In this document: in pieces, positions 48,658-61,756 of the stretch
Layout: every line of letters starts with the position of its first letter
Numbering within the stretch: position 1 is the first letter of the stretch
From: Negaprion brevirostris
Lineage: Eukaryota
NCBI GenBank assembly: GCA_030324005.1
Contig: JARDVH010000073.1
Span: forward strand, 93,460,376 to 93,524,375
Length of the DNA: 64,000 bases
Direction: 5' to 3'
Made by a program: the position numbers and the translations under genes
The notes under the pieces: generated by a model
The model's input: the letters and a program-made list of their open reading frames with translations, nothing else
Told to the model about the DNA's origin: nothing
Database searches by the model: none

Positions 48658-48937
48658 CATTGCCCTTAACCCGGAACCACATCCAAACTAGCAAAGCTGC
48701 CGGCGAGGGTTATGAGACATTTTGGAACCTGTTCAAACTGAGACTGTTAAAATGCAACTATCTCCAAGGCATGGTTTCCCCAACCGTGGTAGCGTTCTCA
48801 TACACACTGCTCAGTCACTGAGCTAAAGCCAAATTTCCAGCCCAGAAGAAACATAATACTGGCAGAGCACGTACAGAAAGACGAGATTAAATATAGACCC
48901 TGATGTACATTTTCTGTTTTTCCAAGCTTGTTCCTTC

Positions 48938-49002
48938 TAAAGTTTATTTATCAGTATCACAAGTAGACTTACGTTAAGGCTGCAATGAAGTTACTGTGAA
49001 AA
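48938..49002 (-). mobile_element. Isolated tail B (5'-truncated insertion)
   Basis: TTTATTTATCAGTATCACAAGTAGACTTACGTTAAGGCTGCAATGAAGTTACTGTGAAAA. Confidence 0.8.
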
Positions 49003-49089
49003 CAGGAGACTGAAGGGGATCCATTGGTGAGGTTCAATTTACTTGGATTCTTTTGCATAATGTCAGCTTATAACGCTGGACATTGAATA

Positions 49090-49660
49090 TTGATTTATTA
49101 TTTGATTTGTTATAGTCACATGTTTTCATATACAGTGAAAAGTAGTGTTTCTTGCACGCTTTGGAATCATAGAATCCTACAGTGCAAAAGGTCGCCATTT
49201 GGCACATCGAGTCTTCACCGACCACAATCTCACCTGGCTCTATCCCATAACTCTATGCATTTACCCTAGCTAGTTCCCCTGACACGTAGGGGCAATTTAG
49301 CATGGCCAATCCATCTAACCCGCACATCTTTGGACTATGGGAGAAATCCAGAGCAGCCAGAGGAAACACACGCAGAGCACGGGGCGAATGTGCAAACTCC
49401 ACACAGTGTCACAAGCCAGGCATCGAATCTGGGTCCCTGGTGCAGTGAGGCAGCAGTGCTAACCACTGTGCCACCATGCCATCCATGCAGACAAAGCATA
49501 CCATACATAGGGAAGGAAAGAACAGAGTGCAGGGTGTAATGTTTCAGTCATAGCTAGGGTGTACAGAACGATCAACTTAATACAAGGTAGTCTGATGGCA
49601 GTAGGGAAGAAGCTGTTCTTGAGTCAGTTGGTGCGTGCCCTCAGATCTTTGTATCTGATG
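49090..49660 (-). mobile_element. Rex1/Babar-type 3' end interrupted by HE1
   Basis: GATGGCAGTAGGGAAGAAGCTGTTCTTGAGTCAGTTGGT is antisense to about 11296-11335; tail at 49090-49160. Confidence 0.82.
49163..49482 (-). mobile_element. HE1-type V-SINE, full length
   Basis: Head, V-domain and CR1-type tail in reverse orientation. Confidence 0.92.
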
Positions 49661-50789
49661 ACAGTGATGGAAAGAGTTTACAATTGCTCTCTGTCAGTAC
49701 AGGTAAAACAAGCAAAGTAGGAGAGCTTGTAGAAAGTCACTTGGAAAAACAACAACTGTAAACAGTTGGTGCTCATGACTTTTACTTTACTCTTTAATAA
49801 AGTAAATGTCAGCCTGTATTACTGACTCCAACATAGGGAAACTGAAAATAATATGACGTTGCTGTGTAAGTGACGCAACCGATTCCACTTTGGCAAAGAT
49901 ATTTCTGTTTTGAATGATTCTACCCCAATAGCTTCTTTCCATGTTACCTGCTTTACATCCTGAAGCAATTCACATGCCAGATGAGCTTTTGTCAATGCAG
50001 TTGCAATCCCATTCGGTTATCTTGAAACAGTATATATGCTTCCTTCAGCCAACAACTGATAATTCACCTTCATTGAGACGTTAATCATATGGTTCTTTCA
50101 AATGGTAGGATTTTCACTTTAAGTTGACTGAAGTGAACTGCATTTGTGAAAGCAGATTTGGTGTTTTGTCCCCATGCATCCGTAGTTACAGTTCTAGGTC
50201 ACATCCTGTTTTGGATTGTACATGCTGTTTCAAGATTTATGACATTTCAACCTATAGGTTAACATTATACATTCCACTTGTATCTACAGGTTTGTGCTGA
50301 AGGGGTTAAACCCAAAGTCCAAGAGACATCATACACAATACTGAAGCGCATGCCTGTGGGATGAATTTGGTTCTCTTACCCCCATTTCCGTTGAAACACA
50401 AGAGGTCAACATGAAAAGAGCACTGAACGTGTTTCATATCAGTTACACTGGAAGTCTCTCAGACATATTCCATACTTTTCTGTTGAAGAAGTCCTGGGAG
50501 ATAAAGGAACTTCGAACACATGTTGCAGCATCTATCAAAATTGCAAGGTAAATTTGAACCTAACTTGCCATGATGGAAAATAAGATTGGGTGCATTCTGA
50601 AGCATTTGGCTGCCTCAATCCTGTCAGTTTCCTGCTGGACAGGTTAAGTTTAATTAATCCCCATGGGTTAGTATTCTTTTGTAAATAATGCTGAATTTGG
50701 ACAACTGAGCATGATTGAGATGCACCCGAATCTTTACATCCACTGTAGTTTAGTTGGTCACACTCTTGCCTTTGTTGTTGTATTTCCAT

Positions 50790-51158
50790 CCCAATCCATG
50801 ACATGAGCACCTGAATTGAGGCTCCCAATCCCCTGCAGTACTGAGGGAGTGCTGCACTGTCGGAACTGCCATTCTGATTAAATGTCCAAACTGATGCCCT
50901 ATCTGATGGTCATCAAAAATCCCATGGCAGTATATTAAAGGAGAGCAGGGGAGCTAACCTGGGCAATATTTATCCCTCAATCAGCTTCACAAAAATCAAC
51001 TATCTGGTCATTATCACTTAGCTGTTTGTGGGAGTTTGCTGTGTGCAAATAGGCTGCCACATTTTCTATATTACATCAAGCAGGACATCACTGGCTCTAA
51101 AGCACTTTGGGCATTCAGTCGTTGTGAGAGGTGCTATCTAAATGTAAGTCCTTCTTTC
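50790..51158 (+). mobile_element. DeuSINE (SacSINE1-like)
   Basis: GCAGTACTGAGGGAGTGCTGCACTGTCGGA; GCAATATTTATCCCTCAA; GCTGTTTGTGGGAGTTTGCTGTGTGCAAAT. Confidence 0.85.
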
Positions 51159-53065
51159 ATAACATTTACAATGTACATCAGCAACTCGAGTAATATTTAC
51201 AGTCCATATCAGTTTCATGCCTTCCTCTGCAGTAATTCTTATAATGCATGTGTATTATTTTAAATGAGTTAAAAATGCGAAGAAGACATAAAATCAATCA
51301 GACTTCCCAGTCCTAACTGCTAAGCAATTATCTGCTTTAGGGAAAAGCGTCAGTGTGAACATTGGTTAAGGACAGGACCAAGTTTGGACTATGAAGTCCT
51401 TACTGGTCAAGGACTTTGTTAAACATACTTCACACATGAAGAATGCCCACCTGGGCAGCTGCTGCTCTTGTTACTCAGTGAGAGTCAATGCCTTTTGAAA
51501 TGAAAAGTGGAAAACTAACAAGATCAATCAAATCTTCGTAAACTCCTTGGCTGACAGTGACAAATGAGCCTACTAAGTCTGTAGTGAACACATTGCACAC
51601 TTACCAATAATTTACTGAATTCTCCAAAGTTGCGTTAGCAGCATCGCATGAAGTGAAGAAATGGTGCAAAAGTGTTCTCTATACGCTTGAGAAGAATTAA
51701 ATTTCCAGATCGTATTTCATTGCCCCGGTCTGGCTGATGAGAAGTTTGAATTCCCAGTAGGGCCCTACACTGAAGGGCATCCCTCACACTGTAAAGGGGG
51801 ATGCTTGACGAGCTGCGGAAGGCAAGTGTGTTTCTTTTTTTTAAACAAGCTGAAGCTGTCTAACCAGTTACTTTTCAAAATGGCATTTTAACTATTTAGC
51901 TAAATTGTGCAAAGAGAAACGAGAGACAGAATGACGTGGGATGGGTACAAAAACACCCAAACCTTCCACACCTCCCAGGTTGCACAATGCTGAACTAGTT
52001 TAAAGACTCAGAGGGGTTCAAACAAAACCTTTCACATAAACAGGTAAAAAAAAGACAAAAGTCAGTCAACAGATGTCCAACGTAGATAGCACAGAGTACT
52101 TCGGAGACAATGTGTAAAAATAACAGGAAAAATGACTTTATAAAAAGAGCAAATTCACTGAACCGTACATCCCCTTCACTTAGCTAGCACCAAACAAAAG
52201 ATAGAGATGTTCATACTGTGGTTTTTGCCACATGTGCCACTATCTGAAAGTAAAGCTGAGCAGTCTCAAGTAACTTCACAATTTGAGTAATCAGCAGTAT
52301 GCATTTTAACAGATGAGAATTATTGGAGCTCTCAGCTCACTCTGTCACACCTTACGGGTACTCTGTGCGACCGGAGTACTGAAGAGCTTTGACACTAAGG
52401 AACAAAATCATTGTCCTTCTCACCAGAGGTTGATGACTTGTTCCCCCATTCCCATGTTTTTGGCTGTGCTACATCTTGTGAAGGAATGGCAGCAATTTTC
52501 ATATTCCCATGTAGAGCACACTGGGGGCAACCTCATTCAAGCAGTTATGCTGGCTCTTTCAACACTGCATGTGATCAGTCAGTTTCTAGGTCGGTATTTT
52601 ATTAGCAATGTAACAATATAAAAAGGAGCCTCAACACAGCATCCAACTGGGAGCAGAAATACAGCAACAGAAATTGACTGTTTGGCCTCTTTGGTCCCAA
52701 GTCATTTGTTAGCCGTGGTAAAGCTATTGTTTTAATTCAATTTAACAGGCATTTTTTTCAAGGGGCCAATAACTTCAGTACTAATAGCACTGCAGCTATT
52801 TGTTCCTTGCATAGTCACCCGTTCCTCACATTGCACGGTGCTGAAGTTGGGGGTCTGCTCGTCTCCCCATTTACATAATGAATAATAATGCAGCAAACAT
52901 TGATAGTTCTCAGAGCCTTTGTACCTGTTTTGCGCACTAGGCTAATTGAAGCCTGAGGAATGTAAGTAGGTGTAAAATGCAGCTAAAATATGTGAACTGT
53001 GTTCCAAACAATCAGGTGCACTGTGGAAAGTGCTTTTTCCCAAGTTTGGTCCAAATTATTTACAT

Positions 53066-54014
53066 AGGCCTGAATTTTTAGGATAGCATGAGTCCCATTA
53101 ACTCTAGCTGCCCCACAGCCACTTTACCCTCAAATGAGCATTGATTGGCAGAAGGCAGCAGTCCCACTCCTCACTGAGGAGGAAAACACACCCAGCCAAT
53201 CTGATTCCCTGTCCCTGTAGCAACAGAGCTGAAGTGGTCGGAAGTGGAATTGCATGGGGCTACTGAAGAGTCAGTTCCTGGAACTGGAGACCCAGATCAT
53301 TGTCAGGTGTTTCAGGGTGAACAGGACTGTAATGTGCAGGAGGGGGGCAGATTGCAATCAGGGTCTCGGGGGATAGACCAGGTGGATGGGGAGGGGAGAG
53401 ACAGGGAGTCCAAGAGGTCACTGGGAATTAAGAAGGGTATCCCCAGTTGGAAGAGGGCTTCTGATGAATGTGCCACCACTCTCTTCCTGCCTGAGATCTA
53501 ACTTTCTTCATTGTTTGCAATTCCCCCACAACGCTTTAGCCTAAGACTTAAAGCTGGGCACTGAACAGCCCTTAAGTGACCATTTATTGGCCATTTAAGT
53601 GCCTCTTTTTTTTTACTTATTAGTGTCACAAGTTGGCTTACATTAACACTGTAACAAGTTACTGTGAAAATCCTCTATTCGAAACACTCCAGCGCCTGTT
53701 TGGGTACAACAGGGAGAATTTAGCATGCCTATGCACTGAAAGACAGCTCACGTGGGAGCAAACCAGAGCACCAGGAGGAAACCAACACAGACACGGGGAG
53801 AACATGCAGACTCCGCACAAACAGTCACCCAAACCGGGACTTGAACCCGGGTCCCTGGCACTGTGAGGCTGCAGTACTAACCACTGTGCCACCATGCCAC
53901 CCACATTGAAGCAAGGACAGGAAGTAGATGGAAACCCAGGGGGAACCCTCTCCCTGCAAATTTCACGCTTCCTGGCCTAGAAAGCTGCTGGGGAGGGAAT
54001 ATAAAATTGTAGCC
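53066..54014. mobile_element. Old non-autonomous DNA transposon (possibly PIF/Harbinger-derived) split by a SINE
   Basis: Imperfect termini GGCCTGAATTTT / AAAATTGTAGCC; internal palindrome CCCTTAAGTGACCATTTATTGGCCATTTAAGTG. Confidence 0.5.
53612..53902 (-). mobile_element. V-SINE with tail B
   Basis: TTATTAGTGTCACAAGTTGGCTTACATTAACACTG tail; complete head. Confidence 0.92.
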
Positions 54015-54139
54015 ATAGTGCCTTTCAAATCCTGTATTGTCGTTGGTGGATGATGTCCCTCAATTTGAGGGTGACATCTACTCAGAGTGGCGCATTTCTG
54101 CCATGGATCTTCAAGTGAATGAACAGGACCAATTCCTGT

Positions 54140-54465
54140 CCCTTTAGGGCATCCCAAATGCTTCACAGAAAATTGATTATTCTTGCAGTCACTTTGTTAA
54201 ACAACAGCACATAGAAACCAAAGAGCAATGAATAATGACCAGTCATCTGGTTAGGTGGTGTTTGTTGAGGGGTAAATGTTGGCAGGGACACCTCGCATGC
54301 TCTTCTTCATAGCACTGCATGATATTTTATACTAAGCTGAAAGACAGACGAAACCTCAGTTTGCCATTGCAGCCAAAAGATAGGATTTCGGAAAGTTTAG
54401 CACTGTCCCAGCACTGCACTGAATTATGAGCTTAGATTACACACTCAAATCCCAGAATGAGATCT
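54140..54465 (-). mobile_element. DeuSINE, decayed
   Basis: GTTGAGGGGTAAATGTTGGCAGGGACAC; GCACTGTCCCAGCACTGCACTG. Confidence 0.7.
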
Positions 54466-54572
54466 AAAGGGGAAGAAATTGAAACTGTTTGGATCCATTA
54501 ATTCAGCCTTCTGAGTGCCCTTAGAGCTCTGAAATGTGTCTGAATGCAATGCCCTCTGCCGTGACAAGTTTG

Positions 54573-55199
54573 GTGCTGGAGATATTTAGTCAAGGAAGGT
54601 GATGGTGGGTGGGAACCCTGCCTCTGCTCCTAATTAGGTCCATGATGGGAAGGCGCGTGGGCAGCCTTCCTGATCCATCGCCAGCAATTGAGGCCCTTAA
54701 GTGGGCATAATTCCCACCAAAAGACCTCGCCCTTGGTAGTCACCAGGTCAGCAGGGACACCACTATGCCAATAGCTCAAAAAGCAAACTTTGTTGTGATT
54801 GCTTGGCAGGCTTCTGGGGATAGGGTGGCAGGGCCCCTCAGTTAAAATCACTCAGTGGCTCGATCAGGGAACCTGGCACCAGAAATGAGGAGAGTGGAGG
54901 CTGTTAATAGTTAACCACTACCTATTGCCAATGAACACTCTCCCTCACAAAAAACCCCACCCTTTGATCCCCCTCCCGCCATCTCTCACCAGCACAATAC
55001 CAGCAGCAGTAGGTGTAGGCCCAGTGCAATGATTGACCAGTAGCTCTCAGTGTGTGAGGCCTCCACCCCTAAGGCTCTTGATGGCAGGGAAAGTCCATTG
55101 CATATCAGGCACTTCACTGAAGAAAAGCAAGCTTTCCCTAAAAGACACGGCTCTCCAGACAGTGAGTAAGGCCCCCAGCACCTACATTAAACTTTGCCC
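54573..55199. mobile_element. Old non-autonomous DNA element related to 53066-54014
   Basis: Shares AATTGAGGCCCTTAAGTGG motif; ends AAACTTTGCCC. Confidence 0.4.
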
Positions 55200-57154
55200 A
55201 TGATATCTGCTGCGCATGTGCAGAGCTTTGGGATAAACAATGCTAGATGCCACCTTGGTGAAGCTTTTGGCATGTGCACCGTGAATGGACACCTGTTGAG
55301 TTGGCATCTGGAAGCAAAGCTTCACATATTTGGATCAATGGCGAGTATTGTGGTTCTGCCTAGAGAAGTGTAAAAATTAATGTCGTGTTGCATAATACAC
55401 AATTTAAGTGTGCAAAGGGGCCTTATCATGAACAGCCGACAGAAGGAATGTAACAAACTACAGTGCAGATTGCAGCTGATGACTCAAACCAAGAAGTAGA
55501 ATACTTATCTGTCCAAACACCCAACCAATCAGCCAGTGTGATAAACCAGTTTGTAGAAGGTAATTTCAATTTACTGTAACCTAATCCCAATAGTCATTTT
55601 CTATACCGCAACTAAATAAATCATCATCCCCATTGTCTTCAACATTGCATTAGATCCTGTGAATATACCAATGATCTCAGTTTGCCTCAGTGCAAGAGAA
55701 TTATCAGCTTACAGTAATCACACATTCTGAAAGAGTGAAAGTGTGCGTGACCCAAACATGCTCACAGTGGTGTTGCCCATAGCTGCTGCCTTGTCATATT
55801 TTCCCTTATTCATTTGCAGGGTAACTTCAAGGGAGAGGAGCCCTGAAATCCCAACCCTAACCCTCCTGTGCTCCCAGCACTTCTTACAATGAAGTGAGGG
55901 ACCACATTAACACTTACATGAGCTGGCTACATATTTGGCCCCCATAACTATTTAATGCACTTCAGCCTAATACAATCAGGGCTTTCAAATGGGAATTGAA
56001 GAGAAGAAAATGCAGTTCTATGCAGAAACAGATGAGATTAGCTGAGTTGCATTTGCAGAGAGTAAGAATGGACATGATGGGCCAAATGGCCTCCTTTTGT
56101 GCTGTAACTATTCAATACTTTCTAAAACAACAAATGGATTCCATGTCTGTCACCTTCTGAGGCAATCCATCCCACAGTCTCGCAATCAATGACATCTTTT
56201 CAGGATTCATTTTTAACTTGCTTAATCTTGAATTCTATGGCTGCAGAAGTAAATCCCCCAGCTCCATTTCCATTGATTAGTTGAATATAGTGCTGGGACT
56301 CATTTTGAGAGTCACAAACATTGCCATTGCTGCATTCATCCACGTATCTCTATCCAATACATCATTTTGTTGTAATTCCATCCTTTTCGTTCCACCCTTA
56401 TCTGTTACCGAACATTAATTTCATATGGCTCTGTGCTTTCTTTAAGAAGGCAATTTATTGAAACAGAGTCTCTGGCAAGATTTTGAGGTTGTTGCACAAC
56501 TAGAAGATGAAGATAGTTGAGAGACACACAGGATGTCATGGAGGGACGGAAGATAACTAAAGGTAATAATTTAGGATAAAGTGCTCCACTGGCAAAATGC
56601 GAAAGTTCTGGCACAGGGTTCAAGAGATCAGGGAAAATATCCCACACTTGTGGAAGTGACTATACATTACATAAGTCGGAATGATGTCACACTCACTCTG
56701 CCTTTTTGTTTGTACAATGTTGACAGAATGAAAGAAAATTAATCAAATTTTCCCATTTCTGTGTGACTCGGGTGTGAAAAGTGTACAACAAGCTGGGTAA
56801 AGCCTTGCTTTGCTCTCAGACCTAATGATTGCCAGTACCCAAAACTGGAAGACCAAGAGAGGGAAATGCATTAATTCAGCTATACAGCTAAAGCCCTGAC
56901 CCTTCCTTGTGAGATACATGGCACATTCAATTCTGCAACTGTACGAGGAAAGCGTTATCTGTCCTGCTCATCTCCTCTCCTCCATCCAACTCCTTGAAAG
57001 CAGATTCTAAAACACAACACCAAATATTTTGAATTGTTGCTTGATGGGCCGAAGGCTTCCTTCTGCATTGTAAAGACTCTATGATTTCAATGATTCTATG
57101 ATATACCATGGTCTTAATGCTGTTATTGTGTTATCATTTAATAAACTTAGAAAA

Positions 57155-57610
57155 ACTTTCCTGAGACTCTGACCCTTTGCTCTGGACCCCCAAGCCATAG
57201 GAAACAACATCCTTGTCATCCAGTCTGTCCAGGCCTCTTATACACTTCCATTCAATCCCCTTCCATTCTTCTAAATTCCAGTGAATACAAGCCCAATTGA
57301 CCTGATCTATCGTCACGCATCAATCCTTCCTTCCCAGGCATCAGTCTGCTGATTCCCTCAATGGCAGGTATATTCTTTCTTAGATTAGCTATCAAAGTGG
57401 TACACAATACTCCAGATCTGGTCTCACAAGGCCCTGTACAGCTGCAGTAAGACTCCCTTCCTCCTGTATTCAAGTCCTCTTGCGATAAAGGCAACATACC
57501 ATTTGTCTTCCTAAATGCTTGTTGTATCTGTATACTTATTTTCAGTGGCTGGTGTACAAGGACACCAAAGTCCCCTTGTACACCAAAATTTCCCTTTCTA
57601 CCACCATTTC
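57155..57610 (-). mobile_element. CR1 LINE fragment
   Basis: Minus strand LRKNIPAIEG..RLMPG..QLGLYSLEFRRMEGD. Confidence 0.88.
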
Positions 57611-58164
57611 ATGAGGTATGTGTGACTTCTTGTGGAACTCCATTCTGTTTTCTTAGTTTCATCGGGTTTAAAGTTACATGGTTAAAAGGGGTTTGTACAT
57701 CTTCAAATAATATTGAGGGCCAGGTGGATGGCGAGGTATTCGGTTTCATTGATTCACCGAGCATCCCTGAGGATTGCAGCATTTTGATGAATGGATGGGC
57801 AAATCAGATATTGACTTTGACTTGAAGATATCAGTGATACAGTTTTCTACTGGAAACCAACAAGTTAAACATGGCTATTTCTGGCCCACACCAGTGCATA
57901 ATACTCAACAATGGAATACACAAGGACCATTTCTGATGGCTAAGACACTGATCACTGTTCCCAGTAAAATATTGTTGATGTGTGTGGCTTGTTTTTCTGT
58001 GGCATGGTACCTTTAATTTTCTTTGTGCAGCGGGGAACAAGAATTACTAAGTGCCTTCCAGGTTGCTGCACAATCAGACACACGCAGCTCAGTGAGAATG
58101 TTGGAGCTGATGCACTGCTAATGCTCCCCAGCTTGTGCCTGTGATTTTCTGGAGCAGTTTGCAT

Positions 58165-58457
58165 GGTGGCATAGAGGTTAACATGCTGCCTCACAGCGCC
58201 AGGAGTCCCAGGTTCAATTCCAGCCTTGGGTCACTGTCTGTGCAGAGTTTGCACATTCTCCGCTTGTCAGCACGGGTTTCCTCCTGGTGCTCGATTTTCC
58301 TCCCACAGTGCATAAGAGTGCTGGTTAGGTTCATCAGCCGGGCTAAATTCTCCCTGGGTGTACTCAAATAGGTGCCAGAGTGCAGCGATTAGGGGATTTT
58401 CACAGTAACTTCATTGCAGTGTTAATGTAAGCCTACTTGTGACACTAATAAATAAAA
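58165..58457 (+). mobile_element. V-SINE with tail B
   Basis: Best-preserved tail B: GGATTTTCACAGTAACTTCATTGCAGTGTTAATGTAAGCCTACTTGTGACACTAATAAATAAA. Confidence 0.93.
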
Positions 58458-59896
58458 CAATATCGGTAACAACAGTGAAACTGTGCAATGAGTTCTGGCT
58501 TTCTGTGGGTCCAGGATTTTGTTTCGAAATAGTCCAGCGGTTCTGGATGGACTTTGGTGCTGCACAAATGAAGAGGTGAAGGTATTGAAGCGTGAACAAT
58601 ACCAGCCTGAACTGTTTATGCACTGCTCCTCAGTTCCTTTGAGTGCTCCTGGCTAGGCTTCATTACTGCAACCAAACAAGCTCACAGAAGCACTATGAAG
58701 ACAAAGATTACTTTGAAATGCCGAGTAAAGAGCCGGGTCCCCTTTTTCCCTTTTCTTTCGGATTAAGGGTGTGATTTGAATCTGTATGTTGTGTGTGTGT
58801 CTGTGGGAGTGGGGGAAGGTGGTGAACGGGAGACAGAAGTAACCGGAGAGAAGGATGATCACAGATATCATAATATTTGCTTTTCACCGAGTTCAGGTTT
58901 AAACAAAAGAGGCTGACGAGAGAGAGCTGTGCTCCTACTTCAGGGCGAAAAAGAACCGCGCATAAAAGAACGCAACAAACAGAACAGTTAAACATTAAAG
59001 TTTAGTAAATTCACAGTATGAATCAGTCAGAGGCAGTTTAGAAGCTGTCCAACTCACTTTCCGACCATCTGCACTGAATGTGCTCTGTTAAAATAGAACC
59101 ATATGGAATCCAAGCTAGCAATTAACACAGCTTCTGCGCGTTCCACTAATACAGCACAGATTTTTGACTTTTCAGTAAATTCGGCTGCTGAATTCATTCC
59201 ATACTGTGGTGCCTGCAACCTGGCAGCTTTCGCTCATCTCAGCCTTAACTCCTACAAACCCCCCTACACCAACCCCCACCCACCATCCNNNNNNNNNNNN
59301 NNNNNNNNNNNNNNNNNNNNNNNNNNNNNNNNNNNNNNNNNNNNNNNNNCAAAAGAACTTAAATTCATAGATTTTTTTGTTTTTTTTTAAATCCTTCTCC
59401 CCATGATTGGCTTCAGTTCTTACCTGTCACGTTATAGACATGTTTAAATTCATGTATCTACAACTCTCACATTATAAATTCCTTCATTACATTTTGCCTG
59501 AAAGCAAATTTCAATTTTTTTCCCCTAAATTTTTCAAATCCCTGATCTTTTAAGGTTTTTCTCTTCACATTTTCCCTTCATCACAGTTCGCTCGCTATCT
59601 CACATTCTTCTCTACATGGGAAGTAGATCTGGACAACAGAGATGCTCTGGAATGTAGGAGTGGTCGGGCCTACAAGAATGAACTGGGCTGGAAGTCTTGT
59701 CTGGGCTGTGTTTTAGAAATTAGGCAAAATCAAGATGAGAATGGAAGTAATGGGAAATTAGTTTGATAATAAGCCTTTACCTTTATCTCCTCATCTTCTA
59801 ATGGTGGTTAAACTAGACTGATGGAGGGAAATTAAGTCCAAGTGACTCATTGGCTACCAATAGGCCAGCATCTTGTACGCCATATAAGAAACATGC

Positions 59897-60250
59897 GAAG
59901 GCGATGGCCTAGCGATATTATTGCTTGGTTATGAATCCAGAAACTCAGCTAATGTTCTGAGGGCCCAGGTTCAAATCCCGCCATGGCAGATGGTTGAATT
60001 TGAATTCAATAAAAAATATCTGGAATTAAGAATCTAAAAGTGACCATGAAACCATTGTAAATTGCTGAAAAAACCCATCTGGTTCTCTTATGTATTTTAA
60101 GGAAGGCAATCTGCTATCCCTGCATGTTCTGGCCTACATGTGACTCCTGAACCACAGAAATGTGGTTGACTCTTGCCCAATTGTCCTTGGGCAACTAAGA
60201 ATGGGCAATTAATGCTGGCCAGTCAGTGATGCCCAGGTCCCATGAATACA
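59897..60250 (+). mobile_element. Family A tRNA-headed SINE, full length
   Basis: A-box-like TGGCCTAGCG at 59905; B box GGTTCAAATCC at 59968-59978; tail GGGCAATTAATGCTGGCCAG..CCCATGAAT. Confidence 0.9.
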
Positions 60251-60462
60251 TTTTTAGATCTTTTAAGCTCCCTTTAAATAGTGCCAACCCCTGTGAAGCC
60301 AACCCCAACTGGTAGTACTAACCATGCTCTGATAGATTTCTACCTATGACATACTCCAATGAGCTAACACATACCTATGTAACTAGTTCTACCCTTAAAA
60401 TACACTAATTTTAAATTTATAAACCAAACCCTACATTAAGAGGAAGCCCTGATCTTATTGCC

Positions 60463-60761
60463 CAATGATTCTCCAACTTTTTGAGTTGAAGACCCCCCTC
60501 TTTCAAATTGTATCATAATCACAGACCCCTCCATCAAAATCATTATACTATACAATCATACTATGAAAATGCTGCACGGTTTTAAAAATGCTTTTAAAAA
60601 ATCAGTCATGTACTTGCAGATGTTAATAAATGTAAGTGCCTGCTGCTTACAACAGAGTCTGTCTACATTTGTACCCACCCTTCCGCTCTTGCCTCCCTCA
60701 TTTCTCATTGTTTTGCAGATCCTCTGGGAGCTCTTTGCAGACCCCAGTTGGAGAACCAATG
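60463..60761. mobile_element. hAT-Charlie-like MITE
   Basis: 16-bp TIRs CAATGATTCTCCAACT / AGTTGGAGAACCAATG (2 mismatches); 8-bp flanks TTATTGCC / TTATAGAC (6 of 8 identical). Confidence 0.78.
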
Positions 60762-61756
60762 TTATAGACCAATCTGTATCTACAATGACAGCTTTGCTCT
60801 TAACATCCTAATGAAGAAATATATTTGAGTACAAGAGTGAGTGAATACTCAATAAATGTCTGTTCGCCAGAATCTGCACACTAAACATTCACAGATTTAA
60901 TTCTTCTCCTTTCAAACCCCAGCAACCCAACTTCTTGCAAAACTACGAAAATGATAAATTCTGGCCAACTTCCCACTGACTTGATTTACTCAAAGCCTAT
61001 TGTCCTGATAAACAGCTTATTTGTTTTAAAAATAGAGTTACTTTGAGTTCATCCCATCAATGTCTGAAATGACTCAGAAACAAGCTGTAGATTTTTGATG
61101 GGGCAAATCATTGTGCACTTATTTGCGACCAGACTGGTAACAATAAATTATCATTCAGAATGTGCAGTAACAATGAATAGAATGTAATACTGATCAAACC
61201 TAGTAACTCTTGGCTTGGACTTATCATCTCAGTGTCGTTCAAACATTGATCTAGGTTGAAAAATATTCTGTGCAACATTTTCAGTATTTTTGTCAATGTT
61301 TTTTTTAAAAATACTTGTGTTGTAGTGAGCCCTATCTTTCCCCTTCCATTAATCTGTATATTTTTAATGCAAATAATTTACAAATAAATGAAGAAAGGGA
61401 ACAGGAAATGTACTTATCAAACCCCAATCAGTGTGTGCCAACTGACTTTGTTACGAGCACAGTTTTCTAATTTTAAACATTGCAGCATGTATCTTTCTTA
61501 GTCATCTCCATGGAACAGACGCAGAAAACTTTACACAGTCCTCTTGTTAATTTTTCCGACCTGAAAAACCACAAACTAATGCTGTCAAGAAGGGGACTAA
61601 GGCCTGGCCAGCAGGCTCCTGCTCCAAGCAATAAAAATCTGCTGAAAATTGGACTCTCTCAGGGACAACAACAAGATGGGAAACAGGACCAGCAGCAAGA
61701 ATATATTAGCTCAATGCTGAAGGCTTTTTCTGGACAAAATGTGCACTACTCATGAA

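Noticed and set aside
57640-57880. Possible very old CR1 RT remnant (EWMGKSDIDFDLKISVIQF)
   Set aside because: Similarity is too weak to support without an alignment
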